DNA from: Chiloscyllium plagiosum
Lineage: Eukaryota
Reading direction: 5' to 3'
DNA: 64,000 nucleotides
Assembly: GCF_004010195.1 (NCBI RefSeq)
Contig: NC_057711.1
Location: forward strand, 76,215,817-76,279,816
The notes under the pieces are model-generated. The model had not been told where the DNA came from and did no database searches. It saw only the letters and a program-made list of their open reading frames with translations. Shown here piece after piece: positions 37,874 to 50,620 of this stretch. A program made the position numbers and the translations under genes. The first letter of the stretch is position 1. Every line of letters begins with the position of its first letter.

Positions 37874-40162
37874 AATAGACAATAGGTGCAGGAATAGGCC
37901 ATTCTGCCCTTCGAGCCAGCACCACCATTCATTCTGATCATTGCTGATCATCCTCAATCAGTATCCTGTTCCTGCCTTATCCCCATAACTCTTGATTCTA
38001 CTAACCTTAAGAGCTCTATCCAACTCTTTCTTGAAAGTATCCAGAGACTTGGCCTCCACAGCCTTCTGGGGCAGAGCGTTCCATACACCCACCACTCTCT
38101 GGGTGAAGAAGTTTCTCCTCAACTCTGTTCTAAGTGGCCTACCCCTTATTTTTAAACTGTCCTCTGGTTTGGGATTCACCCATCAGCGGAAACATGTTTC
38201 CTGCCTCCAGAGTGTCCAATCCTTTAATCAGGATTGGACACTCTCAATCAGATCCCCTCTCAGCCTTCTAAACTCCAGCACATACAAGCCTGGTCGCTCC
38301 AATCTTTCAGCGTAAGATAATCCCGCCATTCTGGGAATTGACCTCGTGAACCTACGCTGCACTCCCTCAATAGCCAGAATGTCTTTCCTCAAATTTGGAG
38401 ACCAAAACTGCGCACAATATTCCAGGTGCGGTCTCACCAGGGCCCTGTACAGCTGCAGAAGGACCTCTTTGCTTCTATACTCAATTCCTCTTGTTATGAA
38501 GGCCAGCATGCTATTAGCTTTCTTCACTGCCTGCTGTACCTACATTGATGTACAAGACTTCATTGACTGATGCACAAGAACACCTAGATCTCATTGTACT
38601 GCCCCTTTACCTAACTTGACTCCATTTAGGTAGTAATCTGCCTTCCTGTTCTTGCCACCAAAGTGGATAACCACGCATTTATCCACATTAAACTGCATCT
38701 GCCATGCATCTGTCCACTCACCTAGCCTGTCCAGGTCATCCTGTATTCTCCTAACATCCTCCTCGCATTTCACCCTGCCACCCAGCTTTGCGTCATCAGC
38801 AAATTTGCTAATATTACTTTTAATACCTTCATCTATATCATTTAATGTACATTGTATAAAGCTGTGGTCCCAGCACCGATCCCTGCGGCACACCACTGGT
38901 CACCACCTGCCATTCCGAAAGGGAGCCGTTTATCACTACTCTTTGTTTACTGTCAGCCAACCAATTTTCAATCCATGTCAGTATTTTGCCCCTAATACCA
39001 TGTGCCCTAATTTTGCTCACGAACCTCCTATGTGGGACTTTATCAAAGGCTTTCTGAAAGTCCAGGTATACTGCATCCACTGGATCTCCCTTGTCCATCT
39101 TCAGCGTTACGTCCTCAAAAAATTCCAGAAGATTAGTCAAGCATGATTTCCCCTTCATAAATCCATGCTGACTCTGACCTATCCTGTTACTGCTATCCAG
39201 ATGTGTCGTAATTTCATCTTTTTTATAATTTGACTCCAGCATTTTCCCCGCCACTGAGGTAAGACTAACTGGCCTATAATTCTGTTTTCTCTCTCCCTCC
39301 CTTCTTAAAAAGTGGGACAACATTAGCCACCCTCCAATCCACAGGAACTGATCCTGAATCTGTAGAACATTGGAAAATGATCACCAATGCGTCCACGATT
39401 TGTAGAGCCATGTCCTTCAATACCCTGGGATGTAGACCATCAGGTCCCGGGGACTTATCAACCTTCAGACATAGCAGTCTCTTCAACACCATTTCCTGGC
39501 AAATATAAATTCCCTTCAGTTCAGGTCCTTCAGCCACTGTTACATCTGGGAGATTGCTCATGTCTTCTCCAGTGAAGACAGATCTAAAGTACCAATTCAA
39601 CTCTTCTGGCATTTCTTTCTTCCCCATAATAAATTCACCTGTTTCTGCCTTCAAGAGCCCAATTTTAGTCTTAACCAGTTTTTTTTTTCTTTTCACATAC
39701 CTTAAAAAAAGCCTTTACTATCCTCCTTTATATTTTTGGCCAGTTTACCTTCGTACCTTATTTTTTCTTTGCGTATTTCCTTTTTAGTTATCATCTGTTG
39801 TTCTTTAAAAGTTTCCCAGTCCTCCGATTTTCTAACTTATCTTTGCTATGTTATACTTTTTCCCTTTTGTCTTTATATGGTCCTTAACTTCCCTTGTCAG
39901 CCACTGCCACCCCTGCCTCCCCTTAGGATCTTTCTTCCTTTTTGGAATAAACTGATCCTGCATCTTCTGCATTATACCCAGAAATACCTGCCATTGTTGT
40001 TCCACTGCCATCCCTGCTAGGGTATTGCACCATTGAACTTTGAACTTTGGCCAGCTCCTCCCTCATAGCTCCATAGTTCCCAATATTCAACTGACATATT
40101 GTCACTTCTGATTCTACCCTCTCCCTTTCAAACTGCAGATTAAAGCTTATTGTATTGTGGTC
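37874..40162 (-). mobile_element. CR1 LINE (different subfamily), 5'-truncated and frameshifted ORF2
   Basis: VDKSPGPDGLHPRVLK, YLDFQKAFDKVPH, SGVPQGSVLGP, SKFADDAKLGG. Possible aatatc TSD at 37868-37873 and 40163-40168. Confidence 0.92.
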
Positions 40163-40860
40163 AATATCGTGTTACACCTAAACAGAAGGTGCAGAGAAAG
40201 ATCAACTCTAATATGAGAGGTCCATTCAAAATTCTGATAACCACAGTAAGGAAGCTGTTCTTCAATCTGTTGGTATGTGGTTTCAAAATTTTGCATTTTC
40301 TGCCTGATGGAAAATACTATAACTGGGATGTGAGGGGTCATTAATTATGTTGGCTGTTTTCCCAAGGCAGCGCGAAGTGCAGACAGAGTCAATAGAAGGA
40401 AGGCTGGTTTTCAGAAGGACAACTCTCTGTAATTTTTTTAGATTTTAGATTTCATTACAGTGTGGAAACAGGCCCTTCGGCCCAACAAGTCCACACCGAC
40501 CTGCCGAAGCGCAACCCACCCATACCCCTACATTTACTCCTTACCTAACACTACTGGCAATTTAGCATGGCCAATTCACCTGACCTGCACATCTTTGGAC
40601 TGTGGGAGGAAACCGGAGCACCCGGAGGAAACCCACGCAGATACGGGGAGAATGTGCAAACTCCACACAGTCAGTCACCTGAGGCGGGAATTTAACCCGG
40701 GTCTCCGGCGCTGTGAGGCAGCAGTGCTAACCACTGTGAGGCAGCAGTGCTAACCACTGTGCCACCGTGCCGCCCACCAATTTCTTGCGGTCTTAGGAGG
40801 AGCATTTGCTATACCAAGTTGTAATGCTTCTGGATAGGATGTTTTCAATGTTGCATCTTT
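40163..40860 (-). mobile_element. Older non-LTR 3' remnant (family uncertain, possibly Rex1/Babar-like); its tail at ~37765-37870 was displaced by the CR1
   Basis: The flanks rejoin as aatgcagaatatcgtgttac. An (atttg)n tail followed by tttattgtcac lies at ~37770. Confidence 0.45.
40445..40776 (-). mobile_element. HE1-like SINE with an internal 23-bp tandem duplication
   Basis: Young copy; ctgtgaggcagcagtgctaacca is repeated at 40711-40733 and 40734-40756. Confidence 0.92.
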
Positions 40861-40899
40861 AGCAGGTTTAGAAGTGGTCTGGTTAGATAGCTCTTTTTC

Positions 40900-43618
40900 A
40901 CTTTGGGTAATCCAAGATGGAGGACAGGAAACATTTCTGGCGGTAACATGCTGCTCCTTTTGAGGTATTTTAGGTGTTGGAGGTGATTTCTTTGAATTCC
41001 AGGAGCAGCAATTACTATTTTATATGCTGCTGCATTGTTTTGGAATTTGGAGGAAGAAAAGCTGAAACAATGGCACGTTTAAAAGGGAGATGGACAGACA
41101 AAGGCAGCACAGGGTGAGGTCAGTGCAGAGAGTGAGACGCACACCCCTCCCTGACACAGCAGTTACTGCCTTTGCTGTTGAATTCATGTATCACTGGACG
41201 TCTGAGTGCGTCAGGGAAAACTAACAAACGGTGAAATTCACAACTGATCTTGGAGGAACCTGTTTGGGAGAGGTCGCAGCACAGAGATAATTGACCATTT
41301 TAAGTGTGGTCTTACAGTAGGTCTGCAGTAGTGAGTAGAGTGTGTTCTTTCTTGATTAAATGTTTTATTGAGATGTCTCTTTGATTAAACTTAAAAATGT
41401 AAGCCATAAATATTAAGTAAGCCTGGAGTAGTGTTTTGTAGAGGAATAAGATGGTGCTATTTTCTGGGTTTGTAGATTGAAAGAAGCAAAAATGGCCTTT
41501 AGTAGAGTGATATGCTTTTCTTGTCAGATGTGGGAGTTTAGGGAGAGTTTACAGGTTACTGAGGATTATATCTGCAATAAATGCCGTTGGTTGCAAACCC
41601 GATCCGATCGAATGGATTGGTTGGAGAGACAGAGGCAATGAGGAATCTACAAGAGCAAGGGGATGTGATGGATGGCAATTATAAGAAGGGAGAAAAATTG
41701 CAGATACAGTCACATAGATGAGCTAACTCCAGAAAAGGTAAAAGAGGTAGTCAGGTGAGGCAGGAGTCTTCTGTGGCTATCCCTATTTCAAATAAATACG
41801 CTGTTTTGGAAAATGTAGGAGGTGGTGGATTCTCAGGGGAATGTAGCATGAACAGCCAAGTTTCTGGTATCAAGACTGGCTCTAATGCAATAAGGGGTAC
41901 ATCAGGTTCCAAGAGATTAATTGTCTTAGGGCACTCTGTAGTCTGAGGCACAAACAGACGTTTGTGGCCAGCAGTGAAAACTCAGAATGGTGCATTGCCT
42001 CCCTGGAGCAAGGATCAAGGATGTCTCCGAGAGAGTGCAGAATGTTCTTGGGGGGGGGGGCAGCAGGGACCAGCAGGAGATCATTGTGCACCAATGAAGT
42101 AGGAAGGGAAAAGGTTGAGCTTCTGAAGAGAGAATATAGAGAGTTAGACAGGAATTTTAAAAGGCAATCCTTGAGAGTAGTAATATCTGGATTACTCGCG
42201 GTGCTACAAGCTAGTAAGGGTAGGAATAGGCAGATAGAGTAGATGAATGTGTGGCTGAGGAACTGGTGTATGGGAGAAAGATTCACATTTTTGGATCATT
42301 GGAATCTCTTCTGGGCTAGAAGTGACCTGTACAAGGACAGATTGCACCTGAATTGGAAGGGGACTAATATGCTGGCAGGGAGATTTGCTCGAGCTGCTCA
42401 GGAAGATTTAAAATCTTAAGATGGTGGGGGGGGAGGGGGTGGTACCCAAAGAGATAGTGAGGAAAGAGATCAATCTGAGACTGATACAGTTGAGCAAAGA
42501 AGCGAATCAAACAGTCAGGGCAGGCAGGGACAAAGCAGAGAACAAGGTAGGACTGATAAATTAAACTACATTTATTTCAATACAAGAGGCCTAACAGGGA
42601 AGGCAAATGAACTCCGGGCATGATTGGGAACATGAGACTGGAATATCATAGTAATTACAGAAACGTGGCTCAAGGATGGATAGGACATGCAGCTTAATGT
42701 TCCAGGATATAAATGCTACAGGAAGGACAGAAAGGGAGGCAAGAGAGGAGGGAAGCGGCGTTTTTGATAAGGGATAGCATTACAGCTGTACTGAGGGAGG
42801 ACATTCCTGGAAATACATCCAGGGAAGTTATTTGGGTGGAACTGAGAAATAAGCAAGGGATGATCACCTTATTGGGATTGTATTATAGACCCCCTAATAG
42901 TCAGCTGGATATTGAGAAACCAATTTGTAAGGAACTCTCAGTTATGTGTAAGAATAATAGGGTGTTTATGGTAGGGGATTTTAACTTTCCAAACATAGAC
43001 TGGATCTGCCATAGTGTTAAAGGTTTAGATGGAGACGAATTTATTAAGTGTGTACAGGAAAAATTTCTGATTCAATAGGTGGATGTACTTTTAGAGAAGG
43101 TGCAAAGCTTGAGCTACTCTTTGGAAATAAGTTAGGGCAGGTGACTAAGGTGTCAGTGGGGCCAGCAACCAATATTATATTTGATTTAAAATCATGATGG
43201 AAAAGGATAGACCAGATCTAAAAGTTGAAGCTCTAAATTGGAGGAAGACTAATTTTGATGGTATTAGGCAAGAATTTTCAAAAGCTGATTGGGTGTAGAT
43301 GTTCCCAGGTAAAGGGACGGCTGGAAAATGGGAAGCCTTCAGAAATGAGATAACAAGAGTCCAGAGACAGTATATTGCTGGTAGGTGTAGAGAATGCTGG
43401 ATGACTAAAGAGGGTGGTGCGTGTATGGAATGAGCTGGTACAGGAAGTTACGGAGGCTAGTAAGATTGCCATATTTAAAAGGCATTTGGATGGGTATATG
43501 AATAGGAAGGGTTTGGAGGGATATGGGCCGGATGGGACTAGATTGGATGGAATATCTGGTCAGCATGGATGAGTTGGACCGAAGGGTCTGTTTCCGTGCT
43601 ATACATCTCTGACTCTAA
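40900..43618 (+). mobile_element. CR1 LINE retaining 5' UTR, ORF1 (zinc finger plus esterase) and APE domain, with RT deleted
   Basis: The ATG at 41492 gives MAFSRVICFSCQMWE...YICNKCRWLQ (CxxC..CxxC). APE motifs LYYRPPN and GDFNFPNIDW follow. The sequence jumps at ~43410 to the 3' end. The 5' boundary is approximate. Confidence 0.88.
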
Positions 43619-45693
43619 GTTGGCTTCTGGGGATAGCAGCCTGCCTCCCAACATGATTCTTCTGTAAATAAACTTCAGCCTTGTGCTGTGTGCCCCCTGG
43701 AGCCCTTGTATTACTGTTTATCTCCCTGTATACCCCATGTACTGTCCATAGCCACTTGCCCAGTATCGACTATGGCATATCTTGGCATTTCTTTGAATTT
43801 TGTTTTAAAAATCTAACATTTCATTCAAGCATATGGTTATTCAAAAAATGATTTCTCCTCATGATCAAGTTAGTGTTTTTTTTCTAAACTTATTCACTTC
43901 TTACATTAAAAACAGAATCTTTTGTTAAAATTTCTTAAAACTATCAAACAAAATAGCCCCTACTGCTAAATGCTTCCTAAGCCTTTGAATCTCAGCCCAG
44001 CATTTGTAGCATCCACAGTTGTCAAAACTAATTGCAAGCCCCAGGCAATGAAGCTAAAAGACTAGATGTTTCACTTGCATTTCAGAGCAGAATGCCTATT
44101 GATCAAGTGCAACAAGTGATCAGACTTTTTAAAACATTTCCAACAGTAGGTCATTTTTCTTCAAAATTTTAAATCTTCTGGCGTTAAATTAAATTATGCC
44201 CAAAACATGTCAGGCATTTTACAAACAAGTTTTGTTTCATAGCTCTAAATGCATAAAGCACTTCCTCCAATGTGAAAAGTACTCCAATTTATCATACATT
44301 CACATGCATTTTTTAAAAAAAGTAACAGGAAACTCATTTTCTGGATGGAGCCCCATCCTGTGATGAATTGCTGCAGTTAAATTAAATCTTATCATGCCCC
44401 GTCCATTAGTGACATTTAGTTGTCAAAACATTTTTGTAACTTGTCAGCATGTTCCTGACCTAAGGAAGAAGTATTGAAAGCTTGTCAAAAGACTGAGATA
44501 ATTATGGGAGATTTTAATGTATATATTAACTAGAAACTTTAGTTGGACAAAAATTGCCAAGATGACCCTATAGAAAGAATATTTTTAGGGTAGTTTTAGA
44601 CCAGTACATACTGGAGCTGACCAGAGAGCAAGCCACACCAAACCAGGTATTGTGCAATGAGATGGTATTAATTAAGGATCCCAAGGTAGCAATGATCGTA
44701 ATATGATTGAATTTTAGATTCTATTGGAGTGAGAGGGGAGTGGATCTGAGATCATATTTTTATGATTTTAATAAGGGTTATTCTGTGGGCATTGAAGGCA
44801 GAGTTGGCTCATGTGAATTAGTAAACGGAGTTAAAGAATAGATCACTAGTGATTCGGTAGCAGACCTATAAAGGGATCTTTCAGAATATACATTGTAGAT
44901 CCCAACAAATCAAACATTCCAAGGGACATAACCACCATGTGTGGTTTACTAGAAATATTACCATGGTATCAAACATAAAGACAAAGTATATAGTCAAATG
45001 GCAGGTCAGAAGATTGGATAGCATATAAAAACAATAAAGAGTGATCAAAAAATAAGAGGGAAAAACTTTAGAGTAGAAGAAAAAACTAGCCAGAAATATT
45101 AAGCAGAACAGTAAGAGCTTCTGTTTAAATATTTACAGAAGAGTAAAGAAAGTGAGCATTGATCCTACAGAGAGTCAGATTGGAGAATTGATGAGGAAAT
45201 GGCAGATGAACTCAACAGGTATTTTGCAACAATATTCACTATAGAGGATTCAAGAAAAATGCCTGAAGTAGTGAGAAATCAGGAAATGGAAAGGAAGGAG
45301 GAATTTGGGGCAAACCAGAGTCCAGAGAAGCGACACTGAGGAAATTGTGCCAAGTGCTTGGGCCTTGATGGACTTCATCCTAGGACCTAAATAAAAAAGT
45401 GACTAATGAGAGGTCATTAGTTTCTATTTTCCGAAACTCCCTTGATTCATAAATGGATCTATTAGACTGGAAAATCGCAAATTTAGTGCCATTATTTTCA
45501 GAGAGACAAAGCAGTAAAGTTCTGACCAATTAGGTTATCCCTGTTATTGGGAAAATGTTAGAAGCTGTTATTAGAAATGTTCAAACGGGGCACTTGGATA
45601 CATTTAAGGTAATCATGCAGAGCCAGCGTGATTTTGTTTTCTGGTTGAATAGGAAGACCCTATTCAATCATTTGGAGTTCTTTGAGGAAGTAA

Positions 45694-48600
45694 TTGGAGA
45701 GACCGAAAGATGAGGAAATTGCATTAGCAACAGTATTTGATGGATGGCACTTATAGGAAGGGGGGAAAGTCTCGGATACAGTCACATAGATGGGTTAACT
45801 CCAGGAAGGATAAGAGAGGTAGGCAGCTAGAGCAGGGTCTTTTGTGGATATCCACATTTCAAACAGGTATGCTGTTTTGAAAATGTAGGGGGTGATTGAT
45901 TCTCGGGAACGTAGCACGAACAGCCAAGTTTCTGGTATTGAGACTGGCTCTAATGCAACGAGGGGTATGTCGGGTTCCAAGAGATCAATTGTGTTAGGGG
46001 ATTCTGTAGTCAGAGGTACAGACCGATGTTTCTGTGGCCAGCAGAGAAAAAGCAGAATGGTGTGTTGTTTCCTTGGTGCCAGGATCAAGGATGTCTCAGA
46101 GAGGGTGCAGAATGTTCTCTCGGGGGAGAGGGGCCAGATGGAACGAACGACATAGGAAGGGAGAAGGTTGAGATTCTGAAGGGAGATTACAGAGAGTTAG
46201 GTAGAAATTTAAAAAGGAGGTCCTCAAGGGTAGTAATATCTGGATTACTCTCAGTGCTACAAGCTAGTGAGGGCAGGAATAGGAGGATAGAGCAGATGAA
46301 TGCATGGCTGAGGAGTTGGTGTATGGGAGAAGGATTCACATTTTTGGATCATTGGAATCTCCACTCGGGTAGAAGTGACCTGTACAAGAAGGACGGATTG
46401 CACCTAAATTGGAAGGGGACTAATATACTGGGAGGGAAATTTGCTAGAACTGCTTGGGAGGATTTAAACTAGTAAGGTGGGGGGGTGGGACCCAGGGAGA
46501 TAGGGAGGAAAGAGATCGATGTGAGATGGGTACAGTTGAGAAGAGAAGTGAGTCAAACAGTCAGGGCAGGCAGGGACAAGGTAGGACTAATAAATTAAAC
46601 TGCATTTATTTCAATGCAAGGGCCCTAACAGGGAAGGTAGATGAACTCAGGGCATGGTTAGGAACATGGGACTGGGATATCCTAGTAATTACGGAAACAT
46701 GGCTCAGGGATGGGCAGGACTGACAGCTTAATGTTCAAGGATACAAATGCTACAGGAAGGATAGAAAGGGAGGCAAAAGAGGAGGGGGAGTGGCATTTTT
46801 GATAAGGGATAGCATTACAGCTGTCCTAAGGGAGGATATACATCCAGGGAAGTTATTTGGGTGGAACTGAGAAATAAGAAAGGGATGATCACCTTATTGG
46901 GATTGTACTATAGACCCCCTAATAGTCAGGGAAATTGAGAAACAAACTTGTAAGGAGATATCAGTTATCTGCAAGAATAATAGGGTGGTTATGGTAGGGG
47001 ATTTTAAAACATAGACTGGGACTGCCATAGTGTAGGTTTAGATGGAGAGGAATTTGTTAAGTGTGTACAAGACAATTTTCTGATTCAGTATGTGGATGTA
47101 CCTATTAGAGAAAGTGCAAAACTTGACCTACTCTTGGGAAATAAGGCAGGGCAGGTGACTGAGGTGTCAGTGGGGGAGCACTTTGAGGCCAGTGACCATA
47201 ATTGTATTCATTTTAAAACAGTGATGGAAAAGAATAGACCAGATCTAAAAGTTGAAGTTCTAAATTGGAGAAAGGCCAATTTTGACGGTTTTAGGCAAGA
47301 ACCTTTGAATGCTGATTGGAGGCAGATGTTCTCAGGTAAAGGGACGGCTGGAAAATGGGAAGCCTTCAGAAAGGAGATAACAAGAATCCAGAGAAAGTAT
47401 ATTGCTGTTAGGGTGAAAGGGAAGGCTGGTAGGTATAGGGAATGCTAGGTGACTAAAGAAATTGAGGGTTTGGTTAAGAAAAAGAAGGAAGCATAAGTCA
47501 GGTATAAACAGGATAGATCAAGTGAATCCTTAGAGTATAAAGAAAGTAGGAGTATACTTTAAGAGGGAAATCAGGAGGGCAAAACGGGGACATGAGATAG
47601 CTTTGGCAAATAGAATTAAAGAGAATCCAAAGGGTTTTTACAAATACATTAAGGACAAAAGGGTAACTAGGGAGAAAATAGGGCCCCTCAGATCAGCAAA
47701 GCGGCCTTTGTGTGGAGCCACACAGAAAAGGGTATGGAAGATATTGACTGTAGGGAAATAGCTGGTGACATGTTGCAAAATGTCCAGATTACAGAGGAGG
47801 AAGTGCTGGATGTCTTGAAACGGTTAAAGATGGATAAATCCCAGGACCTGATCAGATGTACCTGAGACCTCTGTGGGAAACTAGAGAAGTGATTGCTGGG
47901 CCTTTTGCTGAGATATTTGTATTATCGATAGTCACAGGTGAGGTGCCGGACGACTGGAGGTTGGCAAACATGGTGCCACTGTTTAAGAAGGGCGATAAAG
48001 ACAAGCCAGGGAACTATAGACCGGTGAGCCTGACCTCGGTGGTGGGCAAGTTGTTGGAGGGAATCCTGAGGGACAGGGTGTACATGTATTTGGAAAGGCA
48101 AGGACTGATTAGGTATAGTCAATATGGTTTTGTGCATGGGAAATCATGTCTCTCAAACTTGATTGAGTTTTTTGAAGAAGTAACAAAGAAGATTGATGAA
48201 GGCAGAGCCATAGATGTGATCTATATGGACTTCAGTAAGACGTTCGACATGGCTCCCCATGGGAGACTGATTAGCAAGTTTAGATCTCATGGAATACAGG
48301 GAGAACTAGCCATTTGGATACAGAACTGGCTCAAAGGTAGAAGACAGAGGGTGGTGGTGGAGTGTTGTTTTTCAAACTGGAGGCCTGTGACCAGTGGAGT
48401 ACCACAAGGATTGGTGCTGGGCCCTCTATTTCATGTCATTTGCATAAATGATTTGGATGTGAGCATAAGAGGTACAGTTAGTTTGCAGATGACACCAAAA
48501 TTGGAGGTGTAGTGGACAGCGAAGAGGGTTACCTCTGATTACAACAGGATCTGGACCAGATGGGCCAATGGGGCTGAGAAGTGGCAGATCGAGCTTAATT

Positions 48601-49400
48601 CAGATAAATGCGAGGTGCTGCATTTTGGGAAAGCAAATCTTAGCAGGATGTATACACTTAATGATAAGGTCCTAGGGAGTGTTGCTGAACAAAGAGATCT
48701 TGGAGTACAGGTTCATAGCTCCTTGAAAGTAGAGTTGCAGGTAGATAGGATAGTGGAGAAGGCGTTTAGTATGCTTTCCTTTATTGGTCAGAGTATTGAG
48801 TACAGGAGTTGGGAGGTCATGTTGCGGCTGTACAGGACATTGATTAGGCCACTGTTGGAATATTGCATGCAATTCTGATCTCCTTCCTATCGGAAAGATG
48901 TTGTGAAACTTGAAAGGGTTCAGAAAAGATTTACAAGGATGTTGCCAGGGTTGGAGGATCTGAGCTACAGGGAGTGGCTGAACAGGCTGGGGCTGTTTTC
49001 CCTGTAGCGTCGGAGGCTGAGGGGTAACCTTATAGAGGATTACAAAAATATGAGGGGCATGGATAGGATAAATAGACCATGTCTTTTCCCAGTGGTTGGG
49101 GAATCCAGAACTAGAGGGCATAGGTTTAGGGTGAGAGGGGGAAAATATAAGAGACCTAAGGGGCATCTTTTTCACGCAGAGGGTGGTACGTGTATGGAAT
49201 GAGCTGCCAGAGGATGTGGTTGAGGCTGGTACAATTGCAACATTTAAGAGGCATTTGGATGAGTATATGAATAGGAAGGGTTTGGAAGGATATGAGCTGG
49301 GTGCTTGCAAGTGGGACTAGATTGGGTTGGGATATCTGGTCGGCATGGACGGGTTGGACTGAAGGGTCTGTTTCCATGCTGTACATCTCTATGATTCTAT
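45694..49400 (+). mobile_element. CR1 LINE, 5'-truncated within ORF1, with ORF2 spanning APE to RT but disrupted
   Basis: ORF1 esterase (VLGDSVVRG, KKDGLHLN), APE (YFNARAL, ITETWL), RT (SGVPQGLVLGP) and a ctatgattctat tail. Confidence 0.93.
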
Positions 49401-49922
49401 GGTGGATGTACTGCATTTTGCTTTCCAGAGAACATTCTGTAAGGTACTGTATGAAGGTTATGCATAAAATAAAAGCTTATAGTGTAGGAGGTAGCATATT
49501 GGCATTGGATTGAAGGGTGCAAAGAGTAGTTATAAATGGTTCTTTGGTGAACCTGAAAAAATGTGCTGAGTGGTGTGCCATAGGCATTAATGCTGGGACC
49601 TCAATTGTTGACAGCTTATATAAATGACTTGGATGAAGGAATGAAAGGTAGGGTTGCCAAATTTGCTGATGACGAAAGGATAGATAGCAAAGTAATTTAT
49701 GAAATGGATACAAGGAAGGTACCAAAAGATATTAATAGGTTATGCGACTGGGTAAAGATTTGTATAGTTGAGTATTTTTGAGGAAAATGTGAAGTTTTAA
49801 AATTCTTAACAAAATAGACCTACAGCTCTGCAATCTTTCATTTAGACTTTAAGATGCAGAAGGACCTGGATGTCCTTGTCCATGAATCACAAGAGGTCAG
49901 TGTGCAGATGCAGCAAGTATAA

Positions 49923-50620
49923 CTTTCCTTTATTGGTCAGAGTATTGAGTACAGGGGTTGGGAGGTCATCTTGCAGCTGTACAGGATACTGGTTTGGCCA
50001 CTTTTGGAATATTGCGTGCAATTCTGGTCTCCTTCCTTTTGGAAGAATGTTGTGAAACTTGAAGGGGTTCAGAAAAGATTTACAAGGATGTTGCCAGGAT
50101 TAGAGGATTTGAGCTATAGGGAGAGGCTGAGTAGGCTGGGGCTATTTTACCTCAGTGGGGTGACTGCAGAAGGTTTATAACATCATGAGGGGCATGGATA
50201 AGATAAATAGACAAAGTCTTTTCCCTGGGGTGGGGGGAGTCCAGAACTAGCGGGTGTAAGTTTAGGGTGAGATGGGAAAGATTTAAAAGGAACTTAAGGA
50301 GCAACTTCTTCACATTGAGGGTGGTGCATGTATGGAATGAGCTGCCAGAGGAAATGGTTGAGGCCGGTACAATGCCAGTATCCTGAAGAAGGGCCTGTGC
50401 CCGAAACGTCGAATCTCCTGTTCCCTGGATGCTGCCTGACCTGCTGTGCTGTTCCAGCAATAAAGTTTCAACAATGCCAGTATTTAAAAGGTGTCTGGAT
50501 GGGTATATGAATAGGAAGGGTTTAGAGGGATAGAGGACTAGATTAGGTTAGGATGTCTGGTTGGCATGGACGAGTTGAACCGAAGGGTCTGTTTCTGTAC
50601 TGTACACCTCTTTAACTCTA
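49923..50620 (+). mobile_element. CR1 3' fragment nested in the old CR1 and interrupted by a PLE fragment
   Basis: LYRILVWPLLEYCVQFWSP plus 3' UTR. Confidence 0.9.
50382..50470 (+). mobile_element. 89-bp PLE terminal fragment beginning at an intact hammerhead core
   Basis: cCTGAAGAa-gggc-ctgt-gccc-GAAA-CGTC-gaat...aataaagtttca. Perfect 13-bp TSD acaatgccagtat at 50369-50381 and 50471-50483. Confidence 0.9.

Noticed and set aside
45694..49400. Potentially active or domesticated CR1
   Set aside because: Multiple stops and frameshifts in both ORFs, and 5' truncation.
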